NCBI GenBank assembly: GCA_965644295.1
Contig: CBFFRP010000125.1
Span: 1 to 64,000, forward strand
Origin: Paraphysomonas bandaiensis
Lineage: Eukaryota > Protista > Chrysophyceae
Direction: 5' to 3'
DNA: 64,000 bases
Shown here: positions 38,925-51,624 of the stretch, in pieces
Numbering within the stretch: the stretch's first letter is position 1
Layout of the letters: the number at the start of each line of letters is the position of its first letter
Translations under genes and position numbers: made by a program
The notes under the pieces: generated by a model
What the model saw: the letters and a program-made list of their open reading frames with translations, nothing else
What the model was told of the DNA's origin: nothing
The model's database searches: none

Positions 38925-39516
38925 ATGGCTGATATGGAGGAAGCTCGTGCTCGTATGATTGCCAAGAGATTTGGTGGGAACAAAGCCGGTGCCAGTACTG
39001 GTGGGGGTGGATCTGCCAGAAGAAAGAAGAAGACTGTTCATAAGACTCAAAATGGTAAAATATAAATAGGTTTTGTAGTTGTTGTTTAGTAATATACATA
39101 TATAGATGACAAGAAACTGTCCTCTGCTTTGAAGAAACTCAACCTCACCCCTATTTCTGGCATTGAGGAGGTGAACCTCTTCAAGGAGGATGGACATATC
39201 ATCCACTTCACTAACCCTAAGGGTATTATTTATTTGTTATGCTCAAGATTTTTATTAAAATATATTTGCAGTGCAAGCTTCTCTCCAATCCAACACCTAT
39301 GTTGTGAGTGGCAACGGTGAGACCAAGCAGTTGCAGGATCTTTTCCCTGGCATTCTCAGTCAAATGGGACAGGAGAACATGAATAGCCTGCGCCAGATGA
39401 TGGAGGCTATGGGTGGTGATGGCGCTGCTGCTGCTGGTGCCCCTGCCGATGGCAACGGCAGCGACGAGGATATTCCTGATTTGGTTGAGAACTTCGAAGA
39501 AGCTTCCAACAAATAG
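38925..39516 (+). CDS. BTF3: Nascent polypeptide-associated complex beta subunit
   Basis: [50 protein letters not shown] and [14 protein letters not shown]. Confidence 0.96.
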
Positions 39517-40363
39517 ACTCCCACCATTTAGCATATTTTAGTAGTATTTGGGTTTACTGCAAACTTGCTGTTGTAATAAATTAACTCATATGAAAATATC
39601 GATTGGGTGATTTCGCACCCAGGTTTCCAACAGTGCTGTGATTGTCGTCGGAATATGTGTCGTATGAATACTGCTGAGCTCATTTATGGTGTGTGACTTC
39701 AACTTTGTGATTTTGAGGAAGTGGTACATCAGGATCCCCTTGCCATTAATACCTTTTTTACATCTTGCAATATATTTTCAGCACTATCCGGATTAGATGG
39801 TGTCTATTCAAAATTTAACGATATTGATTGGTAGTTGAGACAATATAACAGCAGCAAATATTAATGAACTATAAGACTTGTTCAGTTATTTAACTTTACC
39901 CATCCTAATTTGTCGAATTTTAATAGACCCTGAAGAGTTGTAACAGAAGTAATGTTCACAATGCAATTACTGCAACACTGCAACATAACCGTTACTCTTC
40001 TTGTACTAGTTTTTTACATCATTTACTAAGATATTTCGTAGAATCGTACTGTCAGAGCGAGTGCCAACATGTATAACCCAATACAGTTCGCTGCAGTATA
40101 TGCTCTGACAATATTTGTCTTGTGATGAGTCAAGATACTTTGAAATTGAATGTTGGAAGCAGATAACAGAATTTGCTGTCGCTATTCTACATAAATACAT
40201 CGATACACCTTGGTAAGTTCTACTTGTTATTATGATAAGTAAAGCATACACTCAATCCGTTACACAGATCGAGTGTTACATTGCATCCTACTAATATACG
40301 CTGGGCATTCCTAGAATAGCAATGCCTTTAGAAGAAACAGAAACAGTACCACACACAAAGTAA

Positions 40364-41792
40364 CTAAAGGCTCTGAACAAATTTATCAAGAAAAACAGAA
40401 GCTGTTGCACCTACAACTAAACCAGAATTTAAAGTGAATCCCGTAAAGGTTCCTGCAAGTCCTGTATATCGAGGATCTACCCAGTCATTGACAAGTAAAA
40501 TCGAAAGCGACCCCAAGTAACCGTTAGTATAACCCAGAATAGAGATGAACAGTACAGACCAGATATCGTTGGTGAAAATCCAACCTTTTACAGAACATAT
40601 GAGAAGGGGTATAAAAAGAGTACGGAGAACAGCAAACACCCAGATATTGTCCTTCGTGATTATCCAGCGGTACTCTACTAATAGTCTTCCTGTGCAGTCC
40701 ATTGCAGCAAACAGAAATAGAAGGATCAGAGACCACCAACGTGTCTCTTGAAGATACGGAAAATTATAACTGGGTACTTCGGTAGTGAGGGCAGGCCACA
40801 CAGCAAGAGTGGTGAAAAATATGTTAAAAACTACTGCCAGGGCAGGCAGAACAGTACAAAATACATGGTAGCGGTGGGCGAAACCCTCCTCCTCATCTTC
40901 AGAATTAACAGATGATGGAGGGATTTTGCTGGGACTATCAAAAGTGGAGTTACCCTCCTCGATCGCTTGGTAAGTGTGATGCGTTCGCACTGGGCTCGTG
41001 AGGAGATGGGTCATCTGATTTGAGGGCGGCGGGGACGTAGTGAGAGCACTTCTTGATGCAGGAGACAAACCGAAACGAACATGCCTCTTTGATAAGTCAA
41101 GTTGAAGCAGCAAATAGTACGCATACATACAAAATACAATCGTCCCAGCACCACAGTAAAAATATAACAAACTACTCGCAACCACCATTCGATCAGGGAA
41201 AACAAGTTTCGTGAATATACGATACACAGATCCAATCAAAGTACTCACTCCGATACCCAACTGAAATCCAGCTTGAATCGATTGCGGATACTAAATTGCA
41301 TATTATAAGCAGCGAAAACTAACAGAATAAATACAAACCTGAGCCGAAAAAGCAATGGCACAACTGTCTATCAGTGCCGTTACAACTGCTGCAATGGTAG
41401 TACTCACTATAATGATCCAAAAGTTAACATTCTCACTGAAGTGGCAAAACCATGTCGTTGGAACAAGAATAAGGACAAAAAGCTGTCCAGCAAACCCTCC
41501 GTATATTCGCTTTCTAAATACAGGCTCTCCCCCCACAAAAACAAATAATGCAATGACGGATAAGTTGACCCACATGTATGTATTAGTTATAGCAAATTCA
41601 ATATTAAAATCTGGAAATAATTCATTCCAATAGTCAACCTACGTATACAATGAACCTATCAGTGCTATAGATATGAGTGTTCATGCATCTCACCGGTTGG
41701 GTTAAAGCAGAAAACGGAAATAAGTATCCCACGCCTATAGCAATAAAGAGCATATAAGCAAGTCGCTCTTCTGCATCCATTTTATTATCCAT
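40364..41792 (-). CDS. Equilibrative nucleoside transporter (SLC29)
   Basis: GVGYLFPFSALTQP-VDYW, AGFQLGIG, TLAVWP, DCTGR, RTLFIPL, GYTNGYLGS and GLVVGA; multiple TM helices. Confidence 0.92.
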
Positions 41793-42924
41793 TATACTTT
41801 AATCTATATTACTATCCAGTTGTTGTATGTGTATATGACTCTATGAATGAAATCCATTCCAATCTACATACACATACAGACATATATATATATATATGGA
41901 CACTCTCAACCAGTCACTTCATATTAATGGGGTAAACCGCACAATATGTAACTTGAAAATACGGAGGATTTTACATCCGTATTACGGATCTCTTTCCGGA
42001 TCTGCTTAACTTCGTACATCCTTCCATATAAACCGTCAAATTTCTCATTTTTTCTATATATATTTTCAGTGTTTTCATTCACCAAACCCGAAAATCAGTG
42101 ATAATCATACCAAGTACAATAAATATATAGAATATCTATGGTGTCCAATTCTAGACCCTTATATATGAAAAATCACGTTTACATTAAGACATTAAGATAT
42201 CCAGGCAATATACAGCAATATATGCATCTTAGTGATATAACTCCGCACATGATATGTCATATGGTGTTAAATTAATCTCAAACCCAGCTCTACAAAAGAT
42301 AGATGATGCTTGTACATTGTGCATGTACCGTTAGTACTCTAATAACGGGGAAGATTGGCTTCTATTGATGGTCTTCAGGTTCCGGTTCATACGGCGTTTT
42401 GTACACAACTAGCAAATAGCATAACAATAACATCTCTTCCTCTAGCTGACTGATGCTGCACTCACAATGAATTATCAAAAAACTACTTTGTGTGTAGTAT
42501 TTACTATACGCATTAGTGCCTTGTAGAAATATGCTTGTTCCTCGCTAAGTTGACAACAAAAGTTTTCTTTGATGCCCAACTGGCATCAAACATGTGGAGG
42601 ATGTGTATTCGACTGGCTTGTCTAGTATATGGTAGATGCTTATCTGGCTTGACTAGTTTTCATCTAGCTACTAGTATGGTTCTGACTCTTGAACGCCTAT
42701 CGCTAAATAAACAGACATTTACAACTATTAATACTCGATAGGCGAAACTGTCATTCTATAAGTAATTCTATATCATATAATTATTTTGTATTCGAATAGC
42801 TTACTCCATAGGTAGTATGTAGTAGCATAAAAATATTAGGTACTTCGAGTTATTACGCGCACAATACAGCCACAATAATTCTACAACAACTAGCAACTAC
42901 AGGTAAGTGACATGTAAAAAAGTA

Positions 42925-44260
42925 TTAATCACACAAGGCAATCGTGCACGGTGAAGACGCCACACACTCCATTGACACCTCACGGTGAACTCCTCGTCTC
43001 AAAACCATCATATCCACATTTTCTTCAAGCGCAATGGTGCACAGGTCTTGCGCAACTGTTTTCGTTTTATCATGGCGGTGGATTCTAGTAGAACCTGATG
43101 AAACACATTTACCCAAAATATCATTTCCTTATACCAATACTACCTTCTATTTGCGATATCTTTAGTAGTTCTAACATGCGAGCCTCAAGTGCAGCCACGA
43201 TCTCATCGTTCCACCCAACACGATTTGGCTCATGGGGGTTCTCCACTGCGCCAGCGACCCATCGGCTCCGCGTGCCCATACCAAATCTTGTATCTCGTGT
43301 GTCACCACAAGGATCGCCGTTGTCCACCACGCTGCAGAACACTACCACATCACCTGGCTTGATAAAACTTAAACACTTCACAAACAAGTCATCGATCGCA
43401 TCTATGTCCTTCACACATATAAGAAGCTTTCGAATCATATGAGTAGAGGTAAAGGGGCGAATTCTGGAACAGCTCTTGACAAGGACTACAATGTAGTCAG
43501 TCTTCCACGTTGCCCAGGCAGCAGTAATAGACAGATTCTCAGTGCCCGTAAAATTGGCATCAATACCTAGCACTAATATATGACAGTTATTCTTGAGCAT
43601 TGTCTCTTCAACATGGTCCACGATTTCTGAAGTTGCCCGCGGCTGAAGAACATCTATCTGAAAGCTATCCGTATGGATTTTATATTGATCTCGACATCGT
43701 CTTTCTAGGTCCACAGGAAGGTGAGTCTGGATCATAGCAGCATTCAGCTTTTTACTTCCAGCCACTTGAAGAGCAGCTACAATACAGGTTCCATGGTGAT
43801 GAAGGTGGGTCGCACAATCGAGTGCTACATAGGAAGGTCGAGACCCATCTGCTAGTACCATCACATTGGTCTTTTTAATAGGAATACGGAACGTTTCCTC
43901 GTTTAACCTGTTGATCACACTGCACACACAATTGTATAAATCTCTTGCCTCTAGGCCACCAGTTTGAACCGCTGTCTCATAATCAAAACCATCTTCCAAG
44001 GTTTTGGAATATAAAGCACTGGCAACATCATTAGATACTTGATCACTTTTCATTGTGCCTAATTTATTAATACACGCACTAAAGTTATCCAATAGCAACG
44101 CTACAGTCCCATCATAGTTGGATGGTGATGAGGCCTTGTATATCGATTTCTCATACGAGATTGGTACTTGGAGTAATACTCCAACAGCTTCCACTAACTT
44201 AACCAAAGCATCTGATGGCTTTGAAACATTGCTTATGAAAGACATGACAGTGTTGCACAC
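42925..44260 (-). CDS. Universal-stress-protein (USP)-like tandem-domain protein with a dynein-stalk-like N-terminal region; true start not resolved (upstream of 44260)
   Basis: VMVLADGSRPSYVALDCA, ILVLG, VAQDLCTIALEENVDMMVL..G and CVASSPCTIAL are USP-like. Confidence 0.65.
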
Positions 44261-44526
44261 AGAGATCTGTGCTGGGTTTGAAAACTTTATTGTTTGTTTG
44301 AATATGCAAGTATGGTATATAGTTTAAGATGTGGTGGTAGAGCTGTATCCTATAAAGTATGTTGGAGGTATATGTGCATATTCAGTTAACAGGGCTGTAC
44401 TATGTATAGCCAACTGCTGCTGTGTCTTGTACTTCTCAGTTACAACAGTGATGACTGCTGTATAACGAATTATATTACCGGCTACGTATATCCGTTAAAC
44501 GTCCGTTAGGACAATATAGCTGTATA

Positions 44527-44774
44527 TGTGTATGTATGTATGTATGTATGTATGTATGTATGTATGTATGTACGTATGTATGTATGTATGTATGTATATG
44601 TGTATGTATGTATGTATGTATGTATGTATGTATGTATGTATGTATGTATGTATGTATGTATGTATGTATGTATGTATGTATGTATGTATGTATGTATGTA
44701 TGTACGTGTATGTATGTATGTATGTATGCATGTATGTATGTATGTATGTATGTATGTATGTATGTATGTATGTA
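44527..44774. repeat. (TATG)n microsatellite
   Basis: Visible array of about 250 bp between divergent genes. Confidence 0.98.
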
Positions 44775-44919
44775 CAGTGTGTTCAAATATGGATTTGTAG
44801 TTCCACACAGGAAACCATTGAGCCGATCTCGCCAAAACTCACCCCTTCACCACAATCACTTGAAACTGGTAAAGAGATACAACTCAACAGTTGTTCTCTA
44901 TCCAATAGCACAATCAACA

Positions 44920-46642
44920 ATGGAAATAATACGTAAAAATAAGAATATCATCGTATTGTTATGCATACTGGCAGTTGAGGCGATCCTCTGCACTTTAATT
45001 ATTCATAAAGTTAAATGTATGAACTTCAATAAAAATACTTCTATTATAATTGTTTTTTATAGATACTGAAATTGATTGGATTGCTTATATGCAAGAAGTG
45101 GAGGGGTTTCTTCAAGGCGAGCGCAACTACTCGAACCTCAGAGGAGACACGGGGCCTCTAGTTTACCCTGCCGGGTTTGTGTATATATTTTCGATAATAA
45201 GATTTCTGACCGACAGCGGTGAGAATATAGTAAAAGGTAATGAACTGAATGTGCAATTATTCATTATTTATTTTAACTTTTTAACAGCCCAGTATATATT
45301 TGGAGCCTTATATATTGTGACACTGGCTGTGGTTATCAGATTATATCAGAAGGGACAGTCAATGCCAATGTATGTGTTGATTCCACTAATGCTGTCGAAG
45401 AGAGTCCATTCGATATTTGTTTTGCGGCTATTCAATGACTGCATTGCTGTATTGCTGGGATATGTAGCCATATATCTCTTCACCAAACGGAAGGTACGAA
45501 AACATTAAACTACAAGGCGAAGGATATGTTGTAGAAATCTTATAGAATGCTAGTGAAATTTCAATCTATACCTCACCACTTCCATGATCGCATGTGTTTA
45601 CTGTTTTCATTGTTGTTCTTGTCGTAGTGGCGAGTGGGGTGTTTGGCTTATTCCGCTGCAGGTGAGCCTTTGGAGATGAGATGATTTTTGTTTTTATTTT
45701 ATTCCTCAATGAATACAGTTTCTGTGAAGATGAATATGCTACTGTATGCTCCTGGTGTTCTTTTGGTCCTTCTCGCAGGCACGGGTCTGCAGGAGACCTT
45801 CCTATGTTTGTCTATTTGTGCGGCCTTGCAGGTCATCCTCGGCCTTCCATTTCTTACCACTTTCCCTGTGGATTATATAAAGAACTCGTTTGACCTGGGC
45901 CGAGTGTTCATGTACAAGTGGACTGTAAACCTCAAATTCCTTCCTGAAGATGTATTCACCAGTAAATCTCTGTCGCTTGGACTGTTACTGCTAACTGTAG
46001 TGGGTACGTATCGCAGTTCTTGAATTGTAATTATCTCATGGTTTCTTAGCGTTCGTGTTGTTTGCCATCAAGTGGGTTAAAGAGGTGCGTATAAAAATAC
46101 GTATTATTAAAATATGGGTGATTGCAAAACTGTTGTGTTTTAGATGTCATGTACTGCGAAACGAATAAACGACTCGAACTCGTCCTTAGCGATTATCGGT
46201 AAACACAAATTACACATGTATGTTTGATTTAACAATCACTGGGACATAGGCCCTCGAGACCTAGATTCCCATTTCATCATCGTCACAATATTCACCTCAA
46301 ATTTCATTGGCGTCACTTTCGCCCGTACACTCCACTATCAGTTCTACTGCTGGTACTTTCACACACTGCCGTATCTTCTTTGGCACTCACAGATGCCTCT
46401 GCTGGTGAAATTTGCTGTCTTGGGAGGGGTAGAATATGCATTCAATGTGTATCCTGCAACACCACTGTCCTCAGCGATATTACAGGTATGACAATATTTT
46501 ATGTTGCAAGCCTTTCGATTGATGCTTCTCCTTTCAGTTATGTCACTTCACACTTCTTTTGGCATTGTACTTCGCGCCTATTCCTCAATTCATAAGTGGA
46601 AATGACAATAAAAAATCGAGTGAAGCTAAGAAATTAAAATAG
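44920..46642 (+). CDS. ALG3: Dol-P-Man:Man5GlcNAc2-PP-Dol alpha-1,3-mannosyltransferase
   Basis: YTEIDWIAYMQEV, GDTGPLVYPAGF, SKRVHSIFVLRLFND, VSVKMN, FMYKWTVN, SNFIGVTFARTLHYQFYCWYFH and NVYP. Confidence 0.96.
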
Positions 46643-47460
46643 CATTATGTTAGATGATTTATTAATTAATTAGGATATTGGGTTGGTATTGGGAGAGATG
46701 ATATCGCAATGGCATGAAATTTCGAATGCAAATGGCATCAGTTGCACTGAATGTTATCGATATGCACTTGAATATTAAGTTAAACTGTTGGTATGATGTG
46801 ATCTAGTTGTTAAATGGAGCATATAAGTGGCATATATTATTCTACGAAACAGTTGTAACATATGCTGGTCGAAGTAGACAGTAGACTGCCATTCCAATAT
46901 ACTATACGGCTCTGGTCTCTTCCACAACAACAGAACTAAATCGTTTTCTTACTGACAGCGCCTTGCAGTCTTTACATGTTCTGTCACACATTTTGCCCAG
47001 CCGTTTACATATCCATATCTACATATCTGTATCTATACCATCATAGGTAGTATAAATTTTAGAATATATTACATAAAAAAGCCTTAGGTCGCTGAATTTC
47101 CCCCTTTTAATTAGAAAAACAGGGTATTCTACAACATTATCCTCATTAAATGCCTGGTTTTAGCACATTGAGATGCAGTTTTTAGTCTAGAAGTACGAAA
47201 TTTCTTCCATTCTATGCAGCGTGTGTACTGGTATACCATATAGCTACAGTACAGGAGTACATTCACTGCAGTGGAACACCATATACATGCAGTATGTTGT
47301 CTACGTATATCTCCATATATATATGTGTGTATATACATACAGCAGTATGGTATGTATGTGTATATATAGCTATATATTCATCATTAATACTTACACACTA
47401 TTCTAGTTTCATCTTTACATACCTGTGCACAACAACTTAAATCAATCATCAACTAACATC

Positions 47461-48969
47461 ATGGCAGGTACATTAGCTGATTCATTTCTAGATGATTTAG
47501 ATGAATTAGAGGGAGATTCAGATCCTGATACGAACACAAATAATCAAACTCTTACAGGTGGAACAGATGATCTTATGGGTGATTTGGATGATAGTGATAG
47601 CGATAGTGATGAAGAGGATGATAAGTTTGAAGATCTAGATGTGGTATTGGGGAAAATGGCGTCATCGAAAGCATTTAATGGGGTCTCTCAATTAAGAATA
47701 TCAGAAAAATACAGAAATCATATGAATGCTGTAGAAAATGCACTTGCTGAACCTGCTGAATCGACTGTAGGAGGTTCCCTTGCTGCAGATCCAGAATATG
47801 AACTTGTTGTTAATTGCAATTCTGTTATTTTTGAAATTGATGATGAGATCAGTAATATTCATCGTTATGTGGTGGACTTGTATAGCAAGAAATTCCCTGA
47901 GTTGGAGTCCCTTATTCCGAATAAAATTGATTATGTAAAAACTGTTCAGCGTATTGGAAATGAAATGGATATGACTCTTATTGAACTGAATGACCTGCTA
48001 CCATCTGCCTCTGTGATGGTTGTATCTGTAACTGGCTCCACCACTAGTGGGCAGCCACTATCTCCATCGGACCTAGAAGACTGCTTCAAAGGATGCAATG
48101 AAGTGCTAAACTTGGATAAAGATAAGGCCACTATACTTCAGTACGTACAGAGTCGAATGAATCGAATTGCTCCGAATGTATGCATGTTGATTGGATCCCG
48201 TGTGGCAGCACAATTAGTAGGCATGGCGGGGGGCTTAGTCGCACTATCTAAGATTCCAGCATGTAACGTTCAGGTCATGGGTCAGGAGAGACGTAACATG
48301 TCTGGGTTTTCTAATTTATCTGCAATGCCTCATATGGGGATTATTCAGTACTGTGATGTAGTTCAAGAATGTCCCCCATTTCTTCGTAAAAAGGCTCTCA
48401 AGTTGGTTGCTGCGAAGGTGTCCATAGCGGCCCGTGTAGACTCGTACAACAACCACCCAGACGGTGCAGAAGGGTCTAGATTGCGGAAGGAAATCGAAGA
48501 TAAGATTGAAAAGCTGCAGGAACCACCTAAAGCCAAGACGAAGAAGGCCCTTCCTGTCCCCGAGGAGAAGAAGAAAAATCGACGCGGTGGAAAGCGAGTC
48601 AGAAAATTTAAAGAACGATTTGCAATGACAGAAATGCGGGCTGCTCAGAACAAGATTAACTTCACAACTAATGATGGAGAATATGGCGACAGTGCAATGG
48701 GGGTGGATATGGGTATGCTATCCTCCAAAGGGGCATCTGGAAAGCTTCGTGCTCCTCAGAAGAAAGAGGTGAAGCTTGCGAAGAAGCAAAAAACGATAAG
48801 CATGAGTTCTGGACAGACAAACGGTCTTTCTTCATCTCTTGTTTTTACACCTGTGCAGGGACTAGAACTCGTGAATCCTAATGCTGCTGCAGATCGTGTT
48901 AAGGAGGCAAACAAGAAATGGTTCGATACCAATAGTGGATTTTTGTCGGCTGCTCCGAAAATGAAATAG
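47461..48969 (+). CDS. PRPF31: U4/U6 snRNP protein Prp31 (intronless)
   Basis: TLADSFLDDL, YSKKFPELESL, SRMNRIAPN, LSKIPACNVQVMG, RRGGKRVRK and GLSSSLVFTPVQGLELVNP. Confidence 0.97.
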   Translation: MAGTLADSFLDDLDELEGDSDPDTNTNNQTLTGGTDDLMGDLDDSDSDSDEEDDKFEDLDVVLGKMASSKAFNGVSQLRISEKYRNHMNAVENALAEPAESTVGGSLAADPEYELVVNCNSVIFEIDDEISNIHRYVVDLYSKKFPELESLIPNKIDYVKTVQRIGNEMDMTLIELNDLLPSASVMVVSVTGSTTSGQPLSPSDLEDCFKGCNEVLNLDKDKATILQYVQSRMNRIAPNVCMLIGSRVAAQLVGMAGGLVALSKIPACNVQVMGQERRNMSGFSNLSAMPHMGIIQYCDVVQECPPFLRKKALKLVAAKVSIAARVDSYNNHPDGAEGSRLRKEIEDKIEKLQEPPKAKTKKALPVPEEKKKNRRGGKRVRKFKERFAMTEMRAAQNKINFTTNDGEYGDSAMGVDMGMLSSKGASGKLRAPQKKEVKLAKKQKTISMSSGQTNGLSSSLVFTPVQGLELVNPNAAADRVKEANKKWFDTNSGFLSAAPKMK

Positions 48970-49219
48970 GTTTTGTCTAGTCGAGTCAATTGATTTTACA
49001 TGTAGTATGCTTCTTATCCTGCTCAGGAAGTCTGGGTATTTAAATATTTTCAAGTAATAATATAGTAGAGAACATGCAATTGCAATGAATTTTTCACACA
49101 CACGGGAGAGAGAAGATTCCTTCGGAATCCAGTTTGTTATCACTGACGGGGTATATAATTTCTGAAAGAAAAAAAGATACACTAAAAAAACTATTATGTT
49201 GTTAATTTAACTAACATAT

Positions 49220-50888
49220 TGTTGTCATCCCTGTATATATAGGAGGTTGGCTGTCATACTGTGCAGTATAGTACACAGTATATACAGTGTATGTTGGAAT
49301 ACGTATGGTTCTCTAAGATAGTACTATAGAATACGTTAAATACAATGTGAAAAACAGTAATACGTAGTCAATAGTCAAAGGTGCTATATAGCTATAACTG
49401 TGAAACTGAAGTATTATATCATGACGATTCAAGATACGGAAGTTGAGCAGTGGTTGACATGAACGAAATAATTTATCATGTTGTTGACATGTGTTACATG
49501 ACAACACACACAATTGTGTATACAATCATAATAAAGTAATCTATCTAGTTTTGACTAACTTAAACTTCTCTTCATCTGAAAATGGTCAATTGTCAATATG
49601 GTAGCGAATGCGGAGAAGAGAAGGAGGATAGAGCTGATGTTCCATGGTTCGACGAGAGCAACGTTGAGCAATGGATCGAAGACTTTGAGACGTTCCTAAT
49701 GAGAAAGGAGCAGAGTGAGGTGGCTCTAGAAAGGCCACCGGAGAAAGAAGATTTCGGAATTCAACCCCTGAATAGTCTTGAGACCAAGTCCTACAAAGAA
49801 GCGGTGGACAAGTATTGGAAGTCTATGTTTTTGATAAATGATCAGCAAGTATTCGATGAATCAACTCCATCAGATAGAGTTATCAGAGGCTCCAAGAAAG
49901 GAACGGTGATCAATGTAACGGCAACAGGAAGGGTAAACGACTGGAAGGGTATCGAATACTCCGAAGACATCAACAGATTTCTGTGTTCGGGGAAACGTTT
50001 GAACGATATGGTTATGAGTTCATCGTTTGGAATGGAATTCGAATTGTGGATCACAACACTGGAGTGACAGTATTGGAGGGACCCATGCTTAATGGTATGA
50101 CTGCGGTCCCTACGCAAACCTTACTGAGTCTGCCAGATGTATCCAGCTGTAGTAGGGTTTGCGTAGGGACCGCAGTCATACCATTAAGCATGGGTCCCTC
50201 CAATACTGTCACTCCAGTGTTGTGATCCACAATTCGAATTCCATTCCAAACGATGAACTCATAACCCATATCGTTCAAACGTTTCCCCGAACACAGAAAT
50301 CTGTTGATGTCTTCGGAGTATTCGATACCCTTCCAGTCGTTTACCCTTCCTGTTGCCGTTACATTGATCACCGTTCCTTTCTTGGAGCCTCTGATAACTC
50401 TATCTGATGGAGTTGATTCATCGAATACTTGCTGATCATTTATCAAAAACATAGACGATGAGCAGCATGTATCTATGTATGTATAGTGTTCAGCAGTGCC
50501 AATCATACAACATGTGTCACTTTTATCATATATATCAACACCGCAGTCATAAAGCATATTCGCTTCGGACTCCGAGTCAGACTCGGTTCCTCCTCTGCGG
50601 ATATTCTCGAACGTGAAAACCTTCCCAGATTTCTGGGGTTTCTTGGTCTTTCCAGTCGAATTTCGGGGACATTCGTTCGCGCGATGGTTTTTGGATTTGC
50701 ATACTCTGCATCCTGTATATTCCTTACTGCCCGGTCTTTGTCCCTTCGTTTCCCCCTTTTTCTTCCTACATTGTTCTGTATTATGATTGTGTATTATACC
50801 TTTCTTAGAGCAACAAGTGCACTTCCTCTTTGTAGACAGCAAGCTACAGTATGACAGCAGTATACTACTATATAGTGTATGATGACAA
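49220..50888. mobile_element. Rearranged (fold-back) Ty1/Copia-like LTR retrotransposon relic
   Basis: Putative LTR 49220-49506 (tgttgtcat...atgacaaca); gag-like start on + (49582); on - (50842 leftwards) zinc knuckles CTCC..H...C and CRVCKSKNHRANEC and an aspartic-protease-like YIDTCCSSSM; inverted LTR-start-like sequence at 50846-50888. Confidence 0.7.
49821..50456. repeat. Long inverted repeat: 300/301-bp arms, 35-bp spacer
   Basis: 49821-50120 is the reverse complement of 50156-50456 apart from a 1-bp indel (gatatggttatg vs gatatgggttatg). Confidence 0.97.
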
Positions 50889-50967
50889 TTCGATGTAGGA
50901 TAAGTTCAGTCCAAGATGTACAGTGGATTGGTGTAGGTATAGTCTGTTATACAATTAGTGGTACATA

Positions 50968-51624
50968 TCATTCAGTTACTGATGTTTTAATTTTAGATGA
51001 GAATCTCTTATAATCACTGTCTGTTAAGTCTTCAACATCTTCTATTATAACAAATACCTTACCAAGTAATATTTTGTTATTTGCTGTAAGAAAAGGTGAT
51101 AAATCTGTTACTCTCACTGATACATTAGGTCCAAATACAAAGTCATAAAAGAAATCTGGTTCTGTTGATTTTCCTACTCCTTGAGCGTTTGTCCTTCTAA
51201 CTACCATTAATTCTGTCTTTATGCCACTTGCTATTAAAGCATACCATAACAACAATGCTTTTAATGTCTTCTCGTCATTGTTACACGAAATTTCTTTCAT
51301 GAAATCAATAAATTTATAAACTGCATTTTTAGTTTTTTTATCATACTCTTTGAATGGTTTATAATTAGTATGTAAGAATGAACCAGACTCATTTATATAG
51401 TATTTAGAATTGATCTTAAATATTCTTGGTTTACCTATTTGACAAACTATTTTAAAGATTTTGTTGTTCTTGTTCAATTGCTTCTTTATCTCTGTTTGCT
51501 TATCAAGTTTAACTATCACTTCGTTTTTGAAATCTTCTTTAGTCTTCATAACAAATTTATCATCATCACAGATCACAGATAATCTCTGATAAAAGGAGTT
51601 AATAACATTATCATTTACTATCAA
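50968..51624 (-). pseudogene. Fragment of a D5-like/SF3 primase-helicase (DUF5906-like) of Polinton/virophage/dsDNA-virus type
   Basis: AT-rich, intronless; FIDFMKEISCNND...LLLWYA, Walker A NAQGVGKST, N..LLGKVFVIIEDV (Walker B); ends abruptly at KIKTSVTE*. Confidence 0.75.

Noticed and set aside
49507-49581. tRNA primer-binding site after the putative LTR
   Set aside because: No TGG-initiated or recognisable tRNA-complementary sequence directly follows, so the LTR boundary stays tentative.
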